This document shows positions 39,497 through 47,802 of a DNA stretch of 64,000 nt, piece by piece. The position numbers were made by a program, and so were the translations under genes. Each line of letters starts with the position of its first letter. Positions within the stretch are counted from its first letter, which is position 1. The DNA is taken from contig JBAYWF010000003.1 in assembly GCA_041674205.1 (NCBI GenBank), positions 47,221 through 111,220 of the forward strand, read 5' to 3'. The stretch is from Parcubacteria group bacterium. Its GTDB lineage: Bacteria; Patescibacteriota; Minisyncoccia; Moranbacterales; UBA2206. The notes under the pieces were generated by a model. That model saw only the letters and a program-made list of their open reading frames with translations. It did no database searches and was not told where the DNA came from.

Positions 39497-39681
39497 CATC
39501 TAACGTATCGGCACATGCGAAGTTGCGCCGTGGATTAATTGATTATTTTGTTAATATCGCTTTACTTGATTATATCACTAAACTTGCCGTTTCGTCAGCG
39601 CAATTTGGGTTAAAAAAAATTTGCATTCCTTATAAAATCTAATTGCGCAAATTTTTTGAACCGCATGTGCCGTGTTATCGG
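39497..39681 (-). repeat. attC-like site containing the conserved promoter module (R'' CCGATAAC - AC - L'' GGCACATGCG ... L' CGCATGTGCC - GATAC - R' GTTAGATG)
   Basis: perfect 10-bp L''/L' complementarity with a sequence unlike the L boxes of other sites (covariation); R' is a perfect GTTRRRY. Confidence 0.65.
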
Positions 39682-39708
39682 ATGTAAAATTTTTTTAATT
39701 CACTTTTA

Positions 39709-40515
39709 TCAAATAGATTGGGATTTAACAACCTCCAATAACTTTGCATGCAGGGCTGGAGACGACGCAAGAAAGGTGAAATTGTCTTGTGGTTGAGAAA
39801 GGGCATTTGAATAATCAATCGTATTTCCGAAAAAATCTGTATAAATTCCGCCCGCTTCCTCAATAATTATCTGCTGGGCAACATTATCCCATATTTTGCT
39901 CGTGCGATTTAAAAAAGCACCATAATTTCCTTTGGCTACCATAGCAATATCAAAAACACTATTACTGCTTCTTAAGTTTCTAATATTCAAAACTATTTCA
40001 GCTAGCAGCGCACACTCATCTCTTGTAAACTTCGGATTTTCTTGGTGACCATCAATTCCATACGCTACAAGCGCTTTTTTCAAATCGCCTTCTTTGGTAA
40101 TGCAGATTTTTTCGGAATTACAATATGCTCCTTGCCCTTTCTCGGCCACATAAATTTCGGAAAAGTTTGGCAAAGCTAGTCCACCAGCAATCGGAACATT
40201 ATTTTTTAACAATCCAAGCATTATCCCGTACAGCGGCGTTCCGTTGGCGAAGTTGCTAGTGCCGTCAATTGGATCAATGACCCATGTAAAAACTGACTTT
40301 TTATCAATCACTCCAGCTTCCTCATCAATGATGTTATGCTCCGGAAATTTGGCTTGGATTTTTCCAATCAATAATTTACCGATTTCTAAGTCAGTTTCCG
40401 TAAGTACCTGATTATTATCATCTTCCTTGGTGATGCCAGCAACTTTGCCAAAACTTTTTCTTGCAACGTCAGAAGCTTCTTTCAGAGATTGAGTAATGAA
40501 ATCCTTGTATTCCAT
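39709..40515 (-). CDS. inositol monophosphatase family protein, cassette-borne paralog of 20545-21366
   Basis: WVIDPIDGTSNFANGTPLYGIMLGL; lower GC than the core copy; flanked by 35-bp inverted repeats 39672-39708 / 40521-40556. Confidence 0.9.
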   Translation of the reverse strand: MEYKDFITQSLKEASDVARKSFGKVAGITKEDDNNQVLTETDLEIGKLLIGKIQAKFPEHNIIDEEAGVIDKKSVFTWVIDPIDGTSNFANGTPLYGIMLGLLKNNVPIAGGLALPNFSEIYVAEKGQGAYCNSEKICITKEGDLKKALVAYGIDGHQENPKFTRDECALLAEIVLNIRNLRSSNSVFDIAMVAKGNYGAFLNRTSKIWDNVAQQIIIEEAGGIYTDFFGNTIDYSNALSQPQDNFTFLASSPALHAKLLEVVKSQSI

Positions 40516-40548
40516 AATGTTAAAAAAGTGAATTAAAAAAATTTTATT

Positions 40549-40633
40549 TCCGATAACTCGTTTATGCGCGAAATTTGTTTCGTATAATGCTCGATAATTT
40601 GTTTGTTATGCTAAATTATTGCGCGTTATCCGG
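40549..40633 (-). repeat. attC/attI-like boundary site between murJ and first cassette (CCGGATAAC ... GTTATCGG)
   Basis: R''-like CCGGATAAC-GC-GCAATAATTT and R' GAGTTATCGG separated by about 70 nt, immediately after the murJ stop. Confidence 0.4.
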
Positions 40634-40689
40634 ATTTATTTTAATCCCTAAAACTTGCCTGCCGCTTTTTTCTAGAGTATGTACATCTG

Positions 40690-42339
40690 TCACATCCGAC
40701 TCACTTCATCCGTGCTTTCTAAAATGACTTTATTGCCTTTGAATATCTTGCGGGTCAGGGAATTTCTGAACAAGACGTATTCTTCCAGCTTCAAGAAATG
40801 GCTGATGCCGGTAAAAATCACGAATCCCAGGGCCAGCGGAACGGTCAATTGGGTGAAAACTCCCAAAAAAGTATCCAAATCGACCACCGAAGCGACCGCG
40901 TATTTCGCGCCTTGTATCCCGAGGCCGGCCGCGAAGGAAGCGAAAGCGATTTTCGATACCGACAGGATGATGTTTTTATCATCCAAACTCTCGAAGCGAG
41001 CGCGCAAGAAAAAAAGTAACAGCATCATCTGCACCACGTTGGCCAAAGAAAACGCGATCGCCAAACCGACGATCTGGACGCGGCCGATGAGCATTATGAC
41101 CGCCAGGATATTCACGGCCTCCGTAGCGATGGCGATATAGAAAGGGGTCTTGGTGTCTTGCAAGGCATAGAACGAACGGGCCAGGAGCTGCACCGCGCTT
41201 TGCGCGAACAGGCTGAGCGCCAAGATGCCCAAACATTGGAAGGTCAGGATCGTATCGTTCCAATCGAATTTTCCGGCTCCCAACACGACCCGCACGATCT
41301 GCGCCCGCAAGACGACCATAAACACACTGAGTGGGATGACGAAAAACATTATCTGGCGGAAAGTTTCCGAAAAAGCCCTTATGAAATTTTCCTTCTCGTC
41401 ACGCGCGGCATACGTTGACAAGACGGGAAAAACCGCGATAGCGAAAGATATCCCGAACACGCTGAGCGGCACGCTGGCCAAGTTTTGGGAAAAATTGAAC
41501 ACCGCCAAACTGCCGGCGGCCAGCGTCGAAGCGAAGACCGTGATCACCATCAGATTGAACTGGTTGATCGCGATGCCGGTCATCCGCGGCAGCATCAGGG
41601 TGAAAACCTTGCGCACATTCCGGTTTTGCCAGGCCGCCGCCAATCCCCATCGGTGGACATAGCCCAATTTCCGCACCGTCGTATATTGCAGGACCATATG
41701 CATCAAGGCGCCGAAGACCACGCCCCACGCCAGCCCGATCGGCCCCATCAGCCGGACAAACACGGTGATGCCCAGAATGATGCCGATATTATACAGGAGC
41801 GGCGCGATCGAATACACTAGAAAATGTTTCATCGAAGTCAGGACACCACCCATAATCCCGCTGACACCCAATAAAATCGGGCTTAAGAACATTATCCTGG
41901 TAAACAGGACCGCGCTTTCCATCTTTTCCGGGGAAAAACCCGGAGTGATGATCCGCATCAAAAGCGGCGCGGCGATCGCACAGGCCAGCGAAATGATGAT
42001 GATTAAAAACAAAGACAGGTTCATAATCCCGTTGGTCAGCCGCCAAGCTTCGTCATTATCCCCGTCCTTGCTTCGCAATCCGGTGAAAACCGGAATGAAA
42101 GCGGCGCTCATCGAACCCAGGATAAGCAAGCTATAAATCAGATCCGGAATCCGGAAGGCCGCATAATAGACATCCAGCGTGTCCCCCGCTCCGAAATTCG
42201 AAGCCAGCAGGCGATCGCGCACAAGCCCGAGCAGATTGCTCACAAGGCCCGCGACCGTGATTACGAAAGCCGCCGAAATGACCGATTCGGTCGGCCGGGA
42301 TTTCAATATGAAATTAGCTTTGAAAATTTTATCCATCAT
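40690..42339 (-). CDS. murJ: lipid II flippase MurJ (MviN)
   Basis: 549 aa, 14 TM; N-terminal SAAFVITVAGLVSNLLGLVRDRLLASNFGAGDTLDVYYAAFRIPDLIYSLLILGSMSAAFIPVF is canonical MurJ. Confidence 0.9.
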   Translation of the reverse strand: MMDKIFKANFILKSRPTESVISAAFVITVAGLVSNLLGLVRDRLLASNFGAGDTLDVYYAAFRIPDLIYSLLILGSMSAAFIPVFTGLRSKDGDNDEAWRLTNGIMNLSLFLIIIISLACAIAAPLLMRIITPGFSPEKMESAVLFTRIMFLSPILLGVSGIMGGVLTSMKHFLVYSIAPLLYNIGIILGITVFVRLMGPIGLAWGVVFGALMHMVLQYTTVRKLGYVHRWGLAAAWQNRNVRKVFTLMLPRMTGIAINQFNLMVITVFASTLAAGSLAVFNFSQNLASVPLSVFGISFAIAVFPVLSTYAARDEKENFIRAFSETFRQIMFFVIPLSVFMVVLRAQIVRVVLGAGKFDWNDTILTFQCLGILALSLFAQSAVQLLARSFYALQDTKTPFYIAIATEAVNILAVIMLIGRVQIVGLAIAFSLANVVQMMLLLFFLRARFESLDDKNIILSVSKIAFASFAAGLGIQGAKYAVASVVDLDTFLGVFTQLTVPLALGFVIFTGISHFLKLEEYVLFRNSLTRKIFKGNKVILESTDEVSRM

Positions 42340-42343
42340 AAAT

Positions 42344-44746
42344 TTATCTTTGCGTGAACGCGGCGCCTACGAATTTATCCGTCTTGAGATCGGATTCGAT
42401 TTTTATATTATTATTTTCCCGCCTGACCTTTTCCGGATAATTCCAAACCATCTTATAGTTGTCCGGATAGGCGATTTCCGCCGTGAACGCGCTGCCCAAG
42501 CTGCCGGCTTGTTTTTGGGCCAAAAGCGAATACGTGTCCGCCGGTTTGCCTGCACCATCCATACTGAGTTTGAACGGCAACAGATATTTATATTTTATGA
42601 CCACCGTTTCTTGCGGACTGACATAGACCCAGTTGGCAAAAACGGTCTTGCCCGAATCCGCATAAATCCTGGTTCCGCTTTCTTCATCGATTTCCAGCGA
42701 ATCCTCCTCCATCCGCACTTGGGCGTCTTGTTTGAAAGCCAAAGCGCGGTAATCCAAAGGCGGCGTGTCGTATTCGCGCGTCTGCCCCTCAGCTGAAAGC
42801 AAGACGGAGCCTTCCGGGACATAGACCCGCATATAATCCGCGTTGACTTTATTCCACCAATCATGTTCCAAACTGCCTCCCCTATGATGGCGAGTTACGG
42901 TCAAGGTGTCAACCACCGATCCGTCCGGTTGGATTTCCGCCTGATGCTCGATTTTTTCATCGACCACCCCGTCCGTTTTATACCCGTTGATATTCGTATT
43001 GACCACGCTCACATAATCCTTTTGCGTATCCAATATCTCGCCCGACCAGCCCTGCCCGGATAATACTTTTTCAATTTCATAATTTTTGGAATAAATCAAA
43101 ATTTGTTTTTCATCCAAACTCTCCGACAAGACGTCCATAGTCCGGGCGATATCGGAAAAATTCCTGGCGTTGAAAAGTTTGTCCAAAATTTTCGGCGCCA
43201 GATCGGCCAAAATCTGTTTGGGCTTGTTCAGCTCCTTATCATAGTCCACCTCCACTTCGTATTGGATCTTTTCTATGAAATTGTCCTTATCCACCGTCAC
43301 GCCGTATTCCGGCAACTCGATAGGCCCGGTGATTTCCAGCATCTTTTGCATCACGGTCGGCGTCATCGCGATCACGCCGTCCACGGTCGGACCGCCGGTC
43401 TTCTCATAGAACCAGGCGGCCTTCTCAGCCGACTTGGGAAAATCCGGAAACCAATTGCTGTCATGCAAACTCCAAGCCGCCGAAATTTTCTGGATCGGCA
43501 CCGGCGGAATGACTTTTTCCCGCAGCTGGCCGTCCGGATTATATATCCCGTCGATAAAAAATTTCCTCACGTTGCCATTGGAAATATCCAGCACTCCATA
43601 GGTGCCGATGAAACCTCCCGTAGCGCGCATCTCCTGGTTGTTTTGGAAAAGAAACAGGTATTTGCGCATCCCGTTACCGCCCAGCACATCCGTAAAAATC
43701 TGGCTGTTGCCGATAAATTCAGCCAAGAAAAGGTTCGTTTCCGGCAGCTGGCTTTTCAATTCGACAAATTGCGCCTGGCGATCTTCGGGAATATCGTCAA
43801 GATTGACCTTGTCCAAATTATCCTGGACATCCTGCATCAAGATGGAAATTTCTTTCAAATTCTTGTCAGTATCCTGGAATATCCGCAAAAAAGACACGGT
43901 CGGACCGGCATCGCCAGCCAACGGATTCTTGATCGCGTCCAGCGACTGCATAATCCCGCTAGCCAAAATTCCAATCCGGGAAACGTCCTTCCCGACCTGG
44001 GCGATATGGTCGCCGGAGGAAATTTTTGAAAAAAACGGGATGAACCGGGAGGTTTCGACCAAGATTCCGCCCAGACTGTTTATGTCCTGGGATATTTTCC
44101 CGAATTTATCATAGGCCTGGCTGAATTCCAAAGAAGATTTTTGGAAATCACGCCCGGCGATGCCGTCCCTGGCCATAGCCAGATCCGCATACGCATCCTG
44201 TCCGATACCTAAAACATCTTTCTTGACCCCCATGCCCTTATTGAAAAAACCCGTACCCGCGATTACCAAAAATATGGCCGCCGCCACTCCCGCGAAAGAA
44301 AAAAATACTTTTTTATATCGCCGGCTAGGGACATCCTTTTTTTGATCGTGCGCACCGGAAAATACCGTCCGCTTGGCCGCCGCACCCCCGGCATAATCCG
44401 CAAAAATCCGGTCCGGTCCGGCCGCCAAAAAACGCGGTTCGACATTCCTTTTGATTCCTATCTTTACGGCGCCATCCGGAACGGCCGGATGTTCCGGCAC
44501 GTTTTTTTCCCGCCGGACAGGCGCCGGCCGCGATATGGCGCTCCCAGGACGCCGGATATCCCCGAAAGTTGTCCGCCTGGCGGCACCATCCCGGAACATT
44601 CGCGATTGCGAATCAGAGCCTGCCGTCTTTCCAGCCATTCCCATCGGCGAACCGCCGGTTTGGTTAGCCGGCCGGACATCCGACATCCGAAGATTTATTT
44701 TATTTCCCCCCGTCCAGGAACGGGTTTTATTTTTGTTTTCCATCAA
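42344..44746 (-). CDS. DUF4012-like membrane-anchored protein with Arg/Gly-rich cytoplasmic N-terminus
   Basis: 800 aa; single TM near residue 170; motif NNQEMRATGGFIGTYG resembles the DUF4012 NxELRxTGGFIGSY core; sits upstream of glycosyltransferases. Confidence 0.55.
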   Translation of the reverse strand: MMENKNKTRSWTGGNKINLRMSDVRPANQTGGSPMGMAGKTAGSDSQSRMFRDGAARRTTFGDIRRPGSAISRPAPVRREKNVPEHPAVPDGAVKIGIKRNVEPRFLAAGPDRIFADYAGGAAAKRTVFSGAHDQKKDVPSRRYKKVFFSFAGVAAAIFLVIAGTGFFNKGMGVKKDVLGIGQDAYADLAMARDGIAGRDFQKSSLEFSQAYDKFGKISQDINSLGGILVETSRFIPFFSKISSGDHIAQVGKDVSRIGILASGIMQSLDAIKNPLAGDAGPTVSFLRIFQDTDKNLKEISILMQDVQDNLDKVNLDDIPEDRQAQFVELKSQLPETNLFLAEFIGNSQIFTDVLGGNGMRKYLFLFQNNQEMRATGGFIGTYGVLDISNGNVRKFFIDGIYNPDGQLREKVIPPVPIQKISAAWSLHDSNWFPDFPKSAEKAAWFYEKTGGPTVDGVIAMTPTVMQKMLEITGPIELPEYGVTVDKDNFIEKIQYEVEVDYDKELNKPKQILADLAPKILDKLFNARNFSDIARTMDVLSESLDEKQILIYSKNYEIEKVLSGQGWSGEILDTQKDYVSVVNTNINGYKTDGVVDEKIEHQAEIQPDGSVVDTLTVTRHHRGGSLEHDWWNKVNADYMRVYVPEGSVLLSAEGQTREYDTPPLDYRALAFKQDAQVRMEEDSLEIDEESGTRIYADSGKTVFANWVYVSPQETVVIKYKYLLPFKLSMDGAGKPADTYSLLAQKQAGSLGSAFTAEIAYPDNYKMVWNYPEKVRRENNNIKIESDLKTDKFVGAAFTQR

Positions 44747-45867
44747 ACTTTATTCGAGTATATTGCTAAAGTTTCCTCGGCCATTTTTTTCCAGCTATAT
44801 TTCTTAGCCTGGACATAGCCCTTCCCGATCAATTCGTCCCGCAATCCCGCGTCGCTGACGATTCTCCGCATCGCTTCAGCCATCGCCCCGACATCCTTGC
44901 CGTCAAAAAAATGCGCGCTCCCGCCCAAGACTTCCCGCATACAAGGATGATCCGAGGATATGACCGGCACGCCCTTGGACATCGCCTCGAGCGGCGGCAA
45001 ACCGAACCCTTCGTATAAAGATGGAAAAACATTGGCGACCGAGCGATGGAACAGAGTGTCCAATTCGTAATCCGAAACATCCGAAAGGAAAATGATATCT
45101 TCCGCCTGATGTTTCCTAACCGATTTCCGCAACTGCCCGTAAAAATAGTCGTCCTTGCCCACCAACACCAACTGGAAATCTTTTTTTTCTCCGAACGCCC
45201 GGGTGAAAGCCAACACCAGCCTGTCCAGGTTTTTATGCGGATACGCGTTGCCGACATAAATCAGATACGGCTTTATTATACCATATTCTTGCAAAATTTC
45301 CTGGCCATTTCTCCGGCTGAACATACAGAAATCCTCGCACGCTTCATAGGTCACGGTTATTTTATTTTCGACGGACCGGCCGTATTTTTTCACGACGTCA
45401 TCTTTGGTAAATTGCGAAATGGCGATGATATTTTCCGCCCGCATTATCGCCGCCCGAATGACCAGCAGGTACGCGAAAAACTTCACCCGGTAGAAAACCG
45501 GATGCAGCGTGCTGTTTTTGACGGTGGGAAAATGCACCAGCGTCAAATCATGGATAGTCACGATGAATTTTTTGAAATATAACAAAGGGACGTTGAAGTG
45601 GGGAAAATGCATCAGATCCAATCCATACCTGCGCACCATCAGCGGGAAAAATAATTGTTCCCTGAAAGTATACCACCGGTAATCCGCCAAGACTTTTTTG
45701 AAGTTCGGATTCTTAGGCTGGTATTCCTCGAAATTTTCCCGTTGGAGGAAAATCCAATATTCATTGGCCGGATCTATTTTTTCCAAATTCTCCACCAGCT
45801 TCTGGGTATAGCGCCCCAAGCCCTTTTGCCTTATGCCGAAAAAACGCGCGTCGATTCCGATTTTCAT
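44743..45867 (-). CDS. glycosyltransferase family 4
   Basis: EGFGLPPLEAMSKGVPVISSD EX7E motif of GT-B retaining GT4 enzymes. Confidence 0.85.
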   Translation of the reverse strand: MKIGIDARFFGIRQKGLGRYTQKLVENLEKIDPANEYWIFLQRENFEEYQPKNPNFKKVLADYRWYTFREQLFFPLMVRRYGLDLMHFPHFNVPLLYFKKFIVTIHDLTLVHFPTVKNSTLHPVFYRVKFFAYLLVIRAAIMRAENIIAISQFTKDDVVKKYGRSVENKITVTYEACEDFCMFSRRNGQEILQEYGIIKPYLIYVGNAYPHKNLDRLVLAFTRAFGEKKDFQLVLVGKDDYFYGQLRKSVRKHQAEDIIFLSDVSDYELDTLFHRSVANVFPSLYEGFGLPPLEAMSKGVPVISSDHPCMREVLGGSAHFFDGKDVGAMAEAMRRIVSDAGLRDELIGKGYVQAKKYSWKKMAEETLAIYSNKV

Positions 45868-45946
45868 AGCCTAATTATACCACCAAAAACGGCTTGGGAC
45901 TATGCGCGCAAAAACCGAAACCAGGAATTCCGGCCTATGCCGGCTC

Positions 45947-47110
45947 CTACAGTTTATGGATCATCTTCAAAAAATCTTCCGCGGTCCTCAACCAGTTGAA
46001 ATTCCTGGCCTGGGCCAGGCCTTTGCCGACAAGATCATCACGCAATCCGCTGCCTGCCAGCACTTCTTTCATCGCCCGGTATAATTCATCCGGCTTGTGC
46101 GGATCGACCATAATCCCCCCTTTGCCGACGATTTCCGGCAATGAAGAATTGTTCGATGTGATGACCGGCACCCCGCAAGCCATCGCTTCAAGCGGCGGAA
46201 AACCGAAACCCTCGAAAATCGACGGATAGACGAAGAGCGAAGCCAGGTTCATCACGAATTCCTTATCCTCTTCATCGATGAATTTCGCGACTATTATTTT
46301 GTCCCGGTACCGGGAAGCGTTGATTTCGGCGAATATCTCCCCGTTCAGCCAGCCGTCCGATCCCGCGATGACCAATCTGTATTTCGCGATTTCCTCCTGA
46401 TTGGCGTCCGACGCGTCCCGTTGCAATTGGTTATAGGCCGCGATGATGGCCGCGATGTTCTTTCTCGGCTCGATCGTTCCTAAAAAAAGGATAAACTTGT
46501 AGGGCAAGCCGTATTTTTCCTTGACGCGGACCAGCTCGCCGTTATTGCGGTCCAAGACCTTGAATTTTTCCGAAAGGCCGCTATGGGCCGCCCGGATTTT
46601 TTCCGGCTTGATCCGGAAGAGGTTCGCGACGTCTTGCGCCGTAGAATCGGAAACCGCGATGACCCTGTCGGCCCGCCGGCACATTTTCTGCGGATTTATG
46701 AAGACGTGCCATAATCTTCTTTTCCAGGAAAAAGTTTCGGGATATCTGGCGAAAGACAAGTCGTGGATAGTCAAAATCAATTTGGTTTTCCGGCTCACGC
46801 TGCCGAAGATGATATTGGGCATAAAAAAAATATCCGCCCCTCCGATCATTTTGTCTATCTTCGGCCAGTCCAGATACCAAAACAGGAAATTCAAAAGTTT
46901 GTTCGGCCAAGCGAACCTTTTCAGGCTGACATTCGGAAATTCCTTGATCCAGGAAAAATCGACCGCCTCGGATCTGAACGAATTGAAAAAAAGCACATAT
47001 TCGTTGCGCGTATCAAGCTTGAACAGGTTAGTCAAAAGATTGAAGGTATATTCCTCCACCCCGGTATTCCTTCCTTGCGTCAAACATCGAACATCGATTC
47101 CGATCCGCAT
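45947..47110 (-). CDS. glycosyltransferase family 4
   Basis: EGFGFPPLEAMACGVPVITSNNSSLPEIV; start moved to MRIGIDVRCL (47110). Confidence 0.85.
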   Translation of the reverse strand: MRIGIDVRCLTQGRNTGVEEYTFNLLTNLFKLDTRNEYVLFFNSFRSEAVDFSWIKEFPNVSLKRFAWPNKLLNFLFWYLDWPKIDKMIGGADIFFMPNIIFGSVSRKTKLILTIHDLSFARYPETFSWKRRLWHVFINPQKMCRRADRVIAVSDSTAQDVANLFRIKPEKIRAAHSGLSEKFKVLDRNNGELVRVKEKYGLPYKFILFLGTIEPRKNIAAIIAAYNQLQRDASDANQEEIAKYRLVIAGSDGWLNGEIFAEINASRYRDKIIVAKFIDEEDKEFVMNLASLFVYPSIFEGFGFPPLEAMACGVPVITSNNSSLPEIVGKGGIMVDPHKPDELYRAMKEVLAGSGLRDDLVGKGLAQARNFNWLRTAEDFLKMIHKL

Positions 47111-47145
47111 AAGCCTGCAGTTTAAAGATAAATGCCGTCCGGTTT

Positions 47146-47751
47146 TTATTCCAAATAGTGTTTCAACATCACCGCCCAAAATCCAAGGAAAATCCCCAAG
47201 GCCGCCGATGCCAAAAGGATGGCCAGCGCGCCGATCCGATCCTGGATGATGACCGGATCCTGCGCCACGATTTCAAACCAAGCGGCCTCGTTCTGCTTCT
47301 TGTTCAGCAGTTTGATGTTTTTCGTGATGGTTTCCGGTATCGCCGCGGAAATTTTTTCCGCCGATTTTCCATCTTTCGCGGAAAAAGAAACCGCTACGAT
47401 TTGCGCGGAAAGCTTCTCCGCCGTGAAACTTTTGGCCAGCCGGCGCATAGTGAAACTATCCGTCCCGATTCCGGCTTTCCCATAGATATCCACCACGGTC
47501 CGCGGATTTTTCAGCCACTCCACGACGGTTTCGGCGAATTTTTCATCGGCCTGCAAGCGGTAGAAATCATCATAGCGGTAATCGGCGGTCTGTTGGATGC
47601 CGCCGCGGGTGATGTTGAGCGCCAGCGAAGCTGAATATGAAACCGGGCGCAAAGCGAAATACGCGAAACTGCCCAGCACGATCACGATGATCACGCCGAA
47701 AAACAATCCGCCATTCTTCCTGAAAATTTTGAAATATTCTTTCAGTTCCAT
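47146..47751 (-). CDS. Wzz-like polysaccharide chain-length determinant (co-polymerase) protein
   Basis: N-terminal TM after MELKEYFKIFRKNGGLFFGVIIVIVL, periplasmic segment, C-terminal TM; Wzz-type topology. Confidence 0.6.
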   Translation of the reverse strand: MELKEYFKIFRKNGGLFFGVIIVIVLGSFAYFALRPVSYSASLALNITRGGIQQTADYRYDDFYRLQADEKFAETVVEWLKNPRTVVDIYGKAGIGTDSFTMRRLAKSFTAEKLSAQIVAVSFSAKDGKSAEKISAAIPETITKNIKLLNKKQNEAAWFEIVAQDPVIIQDRIGALAILLASAALGIFLGFWAVMLKHYLE

Positions 47752-47802
47752 ATTTTTATTTAAATATTGATAATCCCTCTGGACCGGCAGGAATCCCGAA
47801 AC

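Noticed and set aside
31990-40690. Integron integrase (intI) or any tyrosine recombinase or transposase adjacent to the cassette array
   Set aside because: No ORF in the window has recombinase motifs (R..H..R..Y). The array abuts murJ, so the integrase is either absent (CALIN) or outside the window.
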